Below, in pieces: positions 31,101-42,580 of a stretch of DNA of 64,000 nt. A model generated the notes under the pieces. It ran no database searches, was not told the DNA's origin, and was given only the letters and a program-made list of their open reading frames with translations. The translations under genes and the position numbers were made by a program. The DNA is from Phoronis australis. Its lineage: Eukaryota; Animalia; Phoronida. The number at the start of each line of letters is the position of its first letter. Position 1 is the first letter of the stretch. Where the stretch lies: contig NMRA01000340.1 in NCBI GenBank assembly GCA_002633005.1, positions 230,425 to 294,424 on the forward strand, given 5' to 3'.

Positions 31101-31663
31101 AATGATTCAACATAGCATTTTTACACAATTGTACAATCTTAGCCCTTGTCTTTGAAGTAGCTGAATGTTTCTGCTTCGAACTCTGTTCAAGACTGAATGG
31201 TGCCTAGCCACCCGTGAATTGTATTAAAAGTCAAAGACTAAAGAGACATCGATCGAGTAAATAAAACACTCTCCCCCATAAACAAGAAGTCATAAGCCAC
31301 AGGACCCCTCATTTAGCGGATAAAACTTAATTCCTAAATATTTTTGCACCTGTAGAGGTATCTGATTTAAAGAGCCATGCAATCAGTGAACAGCGAGCGC
31401 GTTATATCCGACAAGTCACAGGGAACTGAGTAACTTTGACGTAGACTAGTTGAAGGTTGTCGAATCGGATCCATGAATGATGGGAGAAATTGACCTTAAT
31501 AGAAAAATGCCTGGCAATGAGTCGGAAAGGTCTTACTTTTAAAAAATTCATTTGCTTGTTCTTTCACAGCTTCAGCCTTTACTTTCAAGTCCTGGTCGTC
31601 TTTTCCATTTAAATCAGAAAGTATTTCCTTGGGATCTCCCGCAGAATCATTCGGAGAATCCAT
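19151..31663 (-). CDS. PPP5C: Serine/threonine-protein phosphatase 5 (TPR + PPP catalytic domain), 11 coding exons
   Basis: Exons 31663-31537, 31094-30853, 29694-29547, 28646-28459, 27415-27317, 26491-26386, 24994-24852, 24119-24032, 23257-23038, 21153-21072 and 19210-19151, all in phase. It has three N-terminal TPRs, then GDIHGQ, GDFVDRG, RGNHES, HGG, LLWSDP, RSHE, SAPNYC and the C-terminal [12 protein letters not shown]. Confidence 0.97.
19255..19375. repeat. 37-bp tandem repeat x3.3 next to the last PPP5C acceptor
   Basis: GATACATTAATGTAACCCAGTAACCTGCATATTGCCA at 19255, 19292 and 19329, with a partial copy at 19366. Confidence 0.9.
19378..20518. mobile_element. Non-autonomous DNA transposon (hAT-like) with ~120-bp terminal inverted repeats
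   Basis: The left end CAGGTGAGAAACATGACCGCTGGTCCTCTAAA...GACTGAACATG is the reverse complement of 20375-20518. There are GGACCG subterminal repeats and imperfect ATTAA(C/A)A flanks. Confidence 0.72.
26492..27316 (-). other. U12-type (minor spliceosome) GT-AG intron of PPP5C
   Basis: The 5' site is GTATCCTTTG (U12 consensus RTATCCTTT). The branch site TTCTTTAAC lies ~10 nt before CCAG, with no long polypyrimidine tract. The intron separates NPY|LFNGD. Confidence 0.88.
26915..27307. repeat. 36-bp minisatellite (~10 copies) abutting the U12 donor
   Basis: ACTAGCTGGACACACCTGTCAGTCAGACTAGTAATA repeated head-to-tail with no spacers. Confidence 0.92.
29040..29522. repeat. 79-bp tandem repeat (3 good copies plus degenerate copies) next to the PPP5C exon 3 donor
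   Basis: AGTTGCATCATTGAACTACACTGTGCAAAGGACGTTGCACACAGTTGCAAGGATTTACAAGGTAAGGTATGTTGGATTT at ~29276, 29355 and 29434, decaying toward 29040. Confidence 0.88.
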
Positions 31664-33535
31664 GCTTAAATTGAGTTTCACTATTTTATTAATTCAGTAG
31701 AAAATAAAACAAACTTACAGGAAAGACTACGAAGTGAAATTCATATTAAAAGGTCAGTATCAAAACAAAAATAGTAATTTACTGTTTAATGTGATAAAAC
31801 AATCTGTTATTCTATTTCTCAAAAATGCGTTCTCATTTCATTTTAAAGAGGTTCGTGATTTTGTCAAAACTCTTCGCTGTTCTATTGTTTGATCAAGAAA
31901 GGGGCAGCGGCAAATTGGACGAGTGTTCACGACCTATTTCTTCAAGTACCGTCTTCCGCCAAATCCCAGCATCAAAGCATTTTCTATTATTTCGGCATAT
32001 GAACTTTAACGAGGGATTTAATGTCTTAACATAAGTTCTGACAGACATGACATAATGGCCAGTATCCAAAGTATCAGCAAGAGCGGTTTTAAAACAAGGC
32101 TAGAATGCCGCTCACGCGGCGTTTATTTCGTTTAATCCTGTAACAGGAATGATCTCAATACATTAGTTTAGCACAATATAGCACAATCATCTGAGACGGA
32201 GCGGGTACAACTGCATGTTGTTTGTGCTTGCGTTATTACGCTACAGCTAGGCTACAGCTAGGTAGGTTTGCTATTATATTGTTAGTATACCCGCGGGACA
32301 ACTCGTCGATCCGCGTCACAGCCACTTCAGTTGGGTGCGAGAACCGCGGCACCCTTTGCCAAAGTAAGGGCTAGTAAGGCTTTGGCAGTCATTTGACGTG
32401 CTAACCGCGTTAACGCTGATTTAGCAATCAGATCAAGACGGGGAAGTTTGCCTCGGCTGTCTGTGAACCGGTAGGGGTTATTTAGATGTATTTCAGAAAA
32501 AAAGCTGTAAGAGTTGCCCTTTAGATCACTTAATTTCCGCGTGGCCCTGTAGGCCTATCAATTTGTTCTCTGATTCAATTACTCATTGTGAGAAGGAAGG
32601 CATTGGTCGTGTGACTTGATTTGCGGGTTGTGGGAAATTTGACAGGACGGAAATGCTTACATGCTCGGCGCATTAAATGACATTCCGCGACAACTTATCT
32701 CAATCAATAACTATATCCCCCAAAATCGAGACGGCTGAGAACGCGTTCAATAGGGTGCGTACGTGAATCATGGACTTATCGTTGGCAGCTTTGTAGCACA
32801 ATTAAATTTTGACCCCGTTGTTGAACAATGCACCTGACGTCATGCGCCATGGCAATCATACTTATCCAGCTGATAATATTGAAATTTTGTACAATCCAGC
32901 CCTGATAAACAGGCCTGTCAGTGATGACACCCGGCCAGCGGGAATTATACAAATCTGTTGACGAAGTACAACTGAGGTACAGTGAAACGGGAGTTCGCAA
33001 TGCTGGGCCAATTGGTCACCGTTACAGCTTGACCATAAGCTTGCCACTTGTTTTCGAATCGGTCAAATGACCCCAAGATCCACATAGACCTCCCAATTTG
33101 TAAACATGTTTCTTATACCTGGAATTTCCGAAAATAGGCCCACCAAAAGTACGACTATGGGCATATTTTCTGAAAGTTTTCCAAAAGATCGCCCATTGGC
33201 GTATTTTCGTTAATTTTTTGAAAATCTAATGGATTGTTCTGTTAGCATAGTATGAAAGGCAGTTTTAACACACTGTGTTTGCTTTAAACCCAAATATATA
33301 TTCGTTTTTTGTCAGCCAAACAAAGCGAAATACAATTTTAACAATGATTGTCAATACCGAACATTTCCTAATGCGTTATAAAGATCATCAGTCGCCTTTT
33401 GCTCCCAAAACCGTGAACAGAGATTTCTGGTGATGGGCGCTTTGATATCCGAAATCTCGGTGAACGGCCTACTACCATGACCAGTAAATATTCATAAGAG
33501 TGTCACGTGACCTATATTTCCTAGAATGTAATTAA

Positions 33536-34263
33536 AGGCGAAGGCAACATTTTGTCATGTCACTTTTAGCAAAAATCAAGGTCTGTTGATTATCCCAGAC
33601 ATATTTTCACTTAATTACAGCTATTCGTAATTTAATTAATTTCTCGTCCTCTACTCCCGAAGTGACCTTTTTGTTAGGCAAGAATTTCTTGCCAATTTCT
33701 TGTCATGCAGTCTGACTGTGAGAGCAGTCGAGTCGGTCATTGTTCTACCTCTGTTGTGATAAGTTCGGTCGTCGTTTGCTTTTGCGAGTCAGTCAACATG
33801 CCGCACAGTTGCTGCGTACCAGGATGTACTCATTATCGTCTCACAGGCACTTCGTGTGTACCGGGATGTAAGCAGTTTGAGTGCTCAAGTCACCATCCAC
33901 TGGGAGTGTGTCGCGGGACACTAGAGCAAGTGGAACAGTTCTTCCTCTGTACGTGAGACGATAATGAGTACATCTCGGTAGGCAGCAACACCGTGGCATG
34001 TTGACTGACTCGTAAACAAAAGCATACGACGACCGAACTTATCACAACCGAGGTAGAACAATGACTGACTCGACTGCTCTCACAGTCAAACTGTATGAAA
34101 AGAAATTGGCGCGAAATTCTTGCCTCCCAAAACGTAACTTCCGGAGTAGACGACGAGTAATTAATTAAATTACGAAAAGCTGTAAATAAGTGAAAAATAT
34201 GTCTGGGATAATCAACGAACCCTATTTTTGCTAAAAATGACATGAAAAAGGTTGTCTTCGCCT
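33536..34263. mobile_element. Palindromic non-autonomous Kolobok-like DNA transposon (~310-bp TIRs, TTAA TSD, THAP start)
   Basis: TTAA|AGGCGAAG...CTTCGCCT|TTAA. 33536-33845 is the imperfect reverse complement of 33953-34263. The arms contain ATG CCG CAC AGT TGC TGC GTA CCA GGA TGT (MPHSCCVPGC), a THAP zinc-finger N-terminus. Confidence 0.82.
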
Positions 34264-35181
34264 TTAACATATACGAATAAAATCAAGTTCACCGTCTAGC
34301 GCGCTACGAGATTTTTTCTACTCGAGTAAATATCCGATTTTCTCATGCAAAAACTTATAATCTACCACACTAATAATCACGCCATCGCCCCCATGCATGT
34401 AGGGGTTCCCAGAAAGAACAAAGTCGGACCAAAAGGAGGCGAAAACTGAAATGTTGCTGACCTCGACGACCAATAAGGTTCCTTGAGTAAATTTCAGGAA
34501 CTCGTTGCTTTTAAGTTCTGAACTTAGCGATCCCAGAGTAAAACGTGCAAATTTACACTTCCTGCAGTTTTTTCGGCGTAGTATTCCATTTATCGATTTG
34601 CCGGATAGAGTCGACTTCAGTTAATGGAAGAACTGTCTTGTTTCCAGTTACAACGTTCTTTCATTTGTCTTTTCTTTGTTGACTGAGTCTCAGTGGAGGT
34701 ATCCCTCATTTCCGTGATGACACAAATAGGGACGGAATGTGTGACGTCACCATACTAGGGGTAGTCTGGGATATTTCGCCATCTTGGTTGTAACCCATGC
34801 CACTTAAAGGAAAATTACTTTAGGTCAAAAGCTGTAACGGGAAATCAGTTAAATTCTGTTTTAGAACACACGTGGTAAATATACTAATACATGTGCTTGG
34901 TTTCATTTCTACCGTCTTGTTCGCCAAGTTCGGGACCAGTAACTTAATAAAAAAGGAATTAATAAAATCAACCAACGACTTGGTGTGCTCTCACATGAGT
35001 CACTTGGTAAAACGGGCATCATGTATTTGATCATATATTCTTAAAAAAAACTGATCTCAAGCGTATTGGACAATCCATGGAATAGAGCAAGTGTACAATG
35101 AGACAATGTTTAAACATTTCAGGTAACACAGAAATGAAGTTGAATTAATTGACTCAACACAAACGAAGGGCTTACCGGATC

Positions 35182-38100
35182 ATGTCACAAACTAGTCCAG
35201 GAGAAGACGATAGCGCCATCGCTGGTGAGCAAAGTCATTTGCAAGCTGTTGGCTGCACCCTGCATACAAAACTATAGAGTTTCAGTCTTAGACATTTTTC
35301 TCCTTTTTCTGTTGATATATTTTAGTAATTATTTTGCTTTTTTTCAATTAAAGCGACATTAAACCGTGCTTTTTGTCAGCCAAACAAGCTTTAATTTGGC
35401 CTTTTATCTTTATAAAATTGAACTCAGTTTGTTTCTTAGCCAAATTTAATCTGATTTCAGGGTTTCTAAAGAACTGATAACTCGTCATTCCTTGAAAACA
35501 AGGTTCATAAAATTTCAGGTCAGGGCGTGACCTCAAAGTTTGTGAACTTGGTCTGAAGAATTAACGAGCTGTACGTTTTTCCGAGCTCAGAGATAATTTT
35601 TGAACTGAGTGAGGGGAAAGGTAACTAAGGGAAATTTCATAACGGTAAAGACAGAATGTACCGGCTTAACACCCCTTTAATTAATTTATTTATGTATCAG
35701 AAATACCGCTCATTGGAGGAACCACTAGAAGTTCGTTTGTTCGTAAAGAGCTCGAACACCCGTTTGCTTTGCCCGTTGTAATCAAACGGAAGGTGACGCT
35801 GCGACTATCATTTACTTTTTTAATTTACAAAGCCGTAACTCCCTAGTTCCTTCGTCCTCAAGAAACACAAAAAGTGTATCTCAGACTCTTAAGTTTTCTA
35901 AGTTACGTGAGATTCTTAGTAACTGGTCGTTTTTCTTTTATCTGTTGACTTATTCCGTTGTGCAAACTTTCTTTGCCATCCTTGCTTATCACTTATGGAT
36001 GTAGGAGGTCGTGAGGTGATCCCAACCACGTCCTCAGAAAAACGGCATGCCTGCGCAGTTGTTTTTTTTTGGGGGGGACAGAGTGTGGAGGCGAGCACCC
36101 TAAACTGGCTGTATTTCTATGATTCTGTACCAACATTGTAGCGGTCTCCATGTTCATCCTCAACAATGAATTGTGCTCTCAATTATTCTTGAGGCGGCTT
36201 CGGCGCAGTGTGTCCAAAATACTATAAAACAGTCGTTGTTTTACCACAATAATTAATTTATGAAACATTTGAATATTTTTCATTACAAATATCAAATTAT
36301 TTATATTGAAAAAATAATGATTTTGCGTTGAGTTTTTGTAATTAACGCGAGATAGAGAATAGGCGAACACAAGCGCAGGCGCTAGCTGTGACATAATTCG
36401 ATCGCAGGCGCTAGTTGTGACATAATTCGCAATAGAACGGCATATTTGATTTTATTAAAGAAGAAAGTTTTCTTGTAAGATTATTCAACTCAACTTATTT
36501 TTCAAACCCGACAACATAACATAAACGTCATCTAATGAAATGCAGCGGGACAATCCTGATGTTTTAATTGGCTCACTTTCGAACAGGTCACAGATGCTCA
36601 TTCTGTGACCCTGTTTGAGCTAATTGTGAAACGTTTTTGTGTAGGAGTCATTATGCTAAAATTTGAGGTACTCAGAATTCAGAAAAAGTTTACTTACGTC
36701 GATGTAAGAATTCAGTAAATACAATTAACGCCATTAAAAGTAAAACTGACCTCATGTACGAAATTATTCCGTTTTCAGAGGTTTTTTATTAGTAATTGAA
36801 TAGAGGTAGCTTTTTAACATTTCATATAAATTCTGCATTTTTGCGATAGGTGGCTCAACTAGATTATCAGTTTAGGCCATTCAAACTGAAAAATTAATTC
36901 GATCACCCCCGCCCCACTTTCTTTTGCAAATTCATTAGGCACTCAGACCAAAATACAAAATACAAATTATGAAAATCGAAAAAATTAAGGATTAATTGGA
37001 ACTGTGTCGAACCCCCTTAAATCAAAATCGCCATGTGTCGCACTTTACAGTGCTTTCACGTTTGTCACCCCTGTTAAGTTACTCAGCCTGCACCCTGAAC
37101 GTCTAATCACGTCATTGATTGTATTGTTTTAGGTGGCAAAATAGCAGCGTTGTATGCGAGGGAGACTGAACTGGCAACTTTAGTCATTCAAGAATCGAAA
37201 AGTGATCTTGAGTTGGAAGCAGCAATGTTAAAGGAAATAGGAGAGGTTCACGAAGAGTTGGGTATTTTAACGAAATCAGTGAAACATTTTGTCTGGGCAG
37301 GTGGCTTGTACAATGCAGCTCTTGCGCGAACTAACGTTGAGGGATTTGCCAAGGAAATCCAGCAGTTGATCAAGAGAAACGAAATGGCGTTTTGTAAGGT
37401 AGTTGGAGTGTCTCCTGATACGTTGCCTTCAGCTTTTAAGTCGGAGCTCAAAGAAAAACTCAACACAATTCGGCGAAATGCAAAAGACAAAGCAAATGGG
37501 TTGTTGGAACAAATAGAACAGAAATATAGTTTATCTCTTTCTACCACAGAAAGGATACATCTAGAAAAAGACATGATTGCTGATATTCAAAAGCTGTTTG
37601 ATAACATGTGTAAAGACTTAGTGGCACTAGTTCAACATATGATTAGTTTGAGTAAAGACATATTAGGAAAGCCGCCACAGGAATATGCAGCTCTCGCTTT
37701 AGGGTCTTTAGCAAGAGGGGACACAACTCCATTCTCTGACTTAGAGTGGTGCATACTGGTGGAAGACGAGACGAAAGATGTCGACTATTTCAGAAATCTG
37801 ACACGAATGGTTCACATGTTTGTACTAAATATTGGCGAAACACTTCTGAAGTCTTTGAACATCAACTCCCTGAACGATTATGACACCCCTGGTGGTCATT
37901 GGTTCATTGACACCGTAGCACCCAGAGGGTTTCAGTTCGATAGTGCTGCACCATATGCCTGCAATACACCGATAGGACGTCCAGCGCGTGCTGGTAAGCC
38001 TGCGCGTGAGCTTATCAGAACACCTCAACATATGGCTCTGCTTTGTGAGGAGACGACTGCTTTGAATGAAGGTAACAATATTGATCGTATTATGGGAACA

Positions 38101-41100
38101 ACTCTGAAAGTGGATGGAAGTGAGAATGGAGATGGTTTGGTGAAGGAGTTTGTCGCAACCCGAGCTAAATATAAAGGTGAAAGAAACGTGAAACTGAAAG
38201 CTCTAGGTGAAGTTCAAGATTTGATTCACGAGTTTCTTCCGAAACTTTCCTTTCACACGGTGAAGCGGACGGTGCATGACATCAAACAAGACATGTATAG
38301 ATTACCAACGTTGACTGTCACTCTGTTCAAGACACTGTTCTGCTTGGAAAGTGACAACACTTGGGACATTTTGAATGAGATGCAGTCGAAGGATAAATTG
38401 ACTGAACAAGGAGCCCATAATTTAAAATTCGTTGTGTCTGTTGTTGCCCTTCTGAGACTGGTGACCTACTCCGACAAGTGTCACCAGAATGAACTCATTA
38501 GCATTCTGAAACCTACTGACCCCGCTGCCAGCAAAGCTGACAGCAGCGACGCAACCAACTTCATGAAAGTTAAAACCCTGGTATTCCGCTGCTACTTCAC
38601 CATGGTGCCACTGTGCTACTATTTTAGTAATGCAGATATTAGCATTTGTTTGGACGAGTATTGCATCCCTGATTGTTTCTTTGAACAAGGAGACTTCCTC
38701 GTTGGGTTAATCGAACTTCAATGCCTTGCTTATGAAAGTGCCCGGGACAAATTTGTGTCCTGCATTGAGAAGTCCTGGAAAACGCAACTCGCCGAAAGCA
38801 ATGATTGTAACCCACAGAAGATATTGTACAAAGGAAAGGACGTGCTTTTTAATACCAAGGATGAGTTTGTCGCACAATGCCTTACTCGGATTGGCCAAGC
38901 TTACACTCAAGAAGGGCATCTAAATGAAGCGTTAAAGTTCCTACTCACGGCCCTTAGTATGAATCGAGAAATTCACCAAGAAGATCATCCAGACACTGCC
39001 ATTTGTCTTAATAATATTGGTGGTATTTATTTAGACACCAGTGACTTTGATTTGTCCTTAAAATATTTAAACGACTCTTTCCAAATGTTGACCAGGCTGG
39101 ATGATCGCGTCAAAAAAAAGTCGTTCATGGCTAAAACGCTGGGCAACATTGCCGTCGTTCACATCGAACTATGCGAGTTTGACAGAGCTCTCGAATACTG
39201 CCTCAGGGCATACATGGAAATGAAGGCCATCCATGGAGACCGAAACCACAAAGACGTTGCAACTTCCTTGGTCAATATTGCATGTGTGTACCAACAAAAA
39301 GGTGAATTTGCGAAAGCTTTAGAACATTTCACAGAATCTCAGAAAATGTATGAGACTTTGCATAGGAACAACGACCACCCAGATGTCGTAACCGCTCTCT
39401 CTAAACTTGGCTCGCTTTATACAGACATGGGTTCCGTAGAATTAGGATCAAAATACGTTCAGAAAGCTTTAGAAATGATGTCGAGGATTCAGCAGGGACA
39501 GGACCACCCGAGTATTGCTATGTACTTGAACAGCATCAGTCAATGCCTAGAAGAGCAAGGACGTTTTGAGGAGGCTCTGAAACACGCCAATGCTGCTTTG
39601 GAAATGATGAGAAGAATTTGCAAGGGTAGCGACCATGTGCGTACTAGTGCAGCGCTAAACAGAATTGGAAACATCTACAGGCTAAAGGGGCTACCAGACG
39701 AGGCTATTAGGTACTATATGGAATCCTTGGACATGGCTAAAAAAGTGGCGAGTCGACGTCTGTTGCCCATTCACTAAATGGTATAGGATGTGCATACCAA
39801 GACAAATATCATTTAACTTTAGCATTGCAGCATCATAAAGATGCATTAAGCATGTTCAGGAGGGTGCTAAGTACAAGTGAACATCCAAATATTGCAGAAT
39901 GCTTGAACAACATAGGCACGACCTACTTAAAGATGGAAAACTATGATGAAGCCTTACCTTGCTGTGTAGAATCGCTAACTATGACGTCACACATACACAG
40001 AGGCGCAGACAACTTCAAGGCTGCGGTGACATTGGCAAATCTCGGGTCTATTTACAGGGATAAAGAAGATTATGACGAAGCAATGCAGTATTACAACCAA
40101 TCGCTTGAAATGCAAAGAAGACTCCGCCTTGGTAAGGATCACCCAGCCATGGCTGATACATTAATTAACATCGGGTTTGTAACACATAAAACAGGAGACG
40201 TTGAGGCAGCAGTGAGGCACTTCGATGAAGCACAGCGTATTCTGAAGGTATTCTACGGGGATGAGGCACATCCCAGTACAGCCAAATGCTTAAACAGTAT
40301 TGCAAGCGCTATTTACAAAGATAAGCCCGACGTAGCTTTGACGTATTTAGAAAAAACGCTCGAGATGCAGCGAACACTCATGGGTGACCATCTGTCCGTG
40401 GTGTCCACGTTAAAAGACATCGGAGCTGTCCATTACTTTATGGGCCATCTTGATTTAGCCTTGACCTATTTTGGAGAATCTTTAGAAGTGGCGCGACGCT
40501 TAAAAGGTAACAGTCCCGTTGTTGTTGATACGCTAAAAAACTTGGGTTCCTTGTATTTTGCTCAGGGTCAGGTTGACTTGGCAACCCCACTCGTTGAAGA
40601 AGCATTAATTATGTGTAAGAAGATCTACTCCTCAGACAACCAAAATGTCACAGGTTTATTAGACATGCTTGGACTATTTTATCTTGCCACGGGTGATGCT
40701 GCTTTGGCTGAGAAATACTTTGATGAAGCCTGCGAGACAAGGCGACGGTTATACAAAGGCAGTGACCACAAAGATGTTGCTGAGTCTTTGAAGAACATGG
40801 GACATGCCCGTTTGGTAAACGGGAACGTCGCAGAGGCGTTGAGATATTATTTAAGCCACGTACAAATGACCATGCGTCTCCATAAGAATTGCGACCACAT
40901 AGATGTTATACAATCACTTAGTTTCTTGGGAGAAACATATGGACGGGTTGGTGATTTCAATTTAGCTGTCGAATACTGTGCCAAGTCTTTAGAGATGGAA
41001 AAAAGAGTTCATCTTGGCAAAGATCATCCCAATATAGTGACCAGTCTAGAACGCATCGCTAATTTTTCATTGAAAGGTAGAAATTACGAGGGGGCATTAA

Positions 41101-41726
41101 CATACTTCCAGCGTTCCCTTGACATGCAGAAAAGAATGCATCCTACAGAGAATCGAAAAAGTATTGTTGACACTTTAAGAAACATTGGAGACATTTACAA
41201 AATACAATGGGAAATTGACAAAGCAATGGAATATTATGCTGAGGCTCTTGAAATGGCTGAAAGAGTGTATAGAAAAGGTGACCACGAAGACATTGTGGAG
41301 TTGCTGAAGAAAGTCGGACAAATGAATATGTATTGCGGGCCGCTCGACCTAGCGGTGGATTATTATAGTAAAGCAATCGCTATGAAGAAACGAATGAATG
41401 GAGAGGATGGGGATGTAGCGGCGCTTCTAAAAGTCATTGGAAACATCTATAGAATGCATAAAGTATTCGACTTGGCCACGGCCAAGTTCATGGAATGCTT
41501 AGACATAAACAGGCGATTACACAAGGGTGAAGACCATGACGACACAGTGGGTGCTTTAAAATGTCTTGGCTCTAATTACGTAGACCTGGACGACTTGGAC
41601 AATGCGATAAAACACTATAATTTGGCCTTGGAGATGTTAGGTAGACTGCGTGCGAGCGAAGACAATCCAGACGTACTTGCGCTCCGCAACACTGTCAAGA
41701 AACTTAATGAGAGAAAGGGACACTAG
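35182..41726 (+). CDS. GlnD/GlnE/DUF294-like nucleotidyltransferase fused to ~22 TPR repeats (~1545 aa; one frameshift at ~39745)
   Basis: A short exon 35182-35224 (MSQTSPGEDDSAIA G|gtgagc) splices in phase to acceptor ttttag|37133, followed by a 4.6-kb exon. It has the pol-beta-superfamily motif LGSLARGDTTPFSDLEWCIL, a distal GFQFD, a helical DIKQDMYRLP...LLRLVTY domain and 42-44-aa TPRs (HPD.A..LNNIG). ORFs 37150-39777 and 39825-41726 join by a -1 shift at MAKK/GESTSVAHSLNGIG. Confidence 0.85.
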
Positions 41727-42329
41727 GGTGACATGTTAGTATATTTTCGCTGTTGTGAAATGTGTAGAATAAATTTGACTGCATATTAAAACGTGCGACC
41801 GTGTGTGACTAGGCAATTACAGATGGACTGAAATGAAACACTCACCTAAAATCTCCAGTCACCACGTGGTGGTACGTCTGGTTATCCAACAATTTTATTC
41901 TCCGGAATTCGCAAGCATTATGTTGTGTCACACAAGGTTACTTTCGTTGTAGGCTCGTTCCAGCCTCCACTTTGCAGTCGGCTGCGTGCAAGCGTTGACT
42001 TCTTATTTAGAAAGTCACATGAGCTAACTCGTCTGACAGGTGTTGCATTACTAGTATACGTAGACATTGAGATTATTAAAATGTGTTTTCGTTACTCAGC
42101 AAGCATCAATTATTGTGATGAGTGACCAATCCGTGCCCTTGTTGTGGGGAGCCTTAGTTGCTAAGTTATTCGATGTCATATCTATGAGCAGTCATGAACC
42201 ACAGTAGGCCTACATGGGGGCCGCCTTGTCTTTGGGTAGGTACAAGTCCAGGCTCAGTGAGGCTAAAATGTGGAATTTGCTTGTAAACGGACCATTGGGC
42301 TTTAGTGCCGCAAGTGGTCTACGTGCGAT

Positions 42330-42580
42330 CATGCACGCATCCGGGGGGGAGGCTCGAGCGAGCTCCCCTCCCCATTTGGCGAAGTGGGCAAAAGGTCCGC
42401 CTCAGAGAAACAAAAAGTCCGGGAAAACGAGACAAAAGTCCACTAAAATGCACAGTTCATAGCTCTGAACAGGGTACCCCGTTTTTCTTTTGTTTTTTTA
42501 GACTCCCGTTATTTTGTTAGTAAAAGGTCCGCATCGTCAAAAATTCGAACCCCCTATATTTTACGGTGGGTGCGCGCATG
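42330..42580. mobile_element. GC-rich MITE
   Basis: Termini CATGCACGCATCC...GGGTGCGCGCATG with internal AAAAGGTCCGC repeats. Confidence 0.55.

Noticed and set aside
39736-39748. Canonical programmed -1 ribosomal frameshift
   Set aside because: The in-frame heptamer is T AAA AAA, not X XXY YYZ, and I see no clear downstream stimulatory structure. It is kept only as an unexplained frameshift.
37150-41726. Two separate genes (875 aa and 633 aa) as in the ORF track, or a kinesin light chain/NPHP3 orthologue
   Set aside because: Both ORFs start at TTG and the TPR register runs continuously across the junction. The N-terminus is an NTase, not a KLC coiled coil or NB-ARC domain.
31537-41726. Functional coupling of the TPR phosphatase PP5 and the TPR nucleotidyltransferase because they are adjacent
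   Set aside because: Gene adjacency in animals rarely implies a shared pathway, and the TPR types differ (34-aa Hsp90-binding versus 42-44-aa repeats), so one is not derived from the other.
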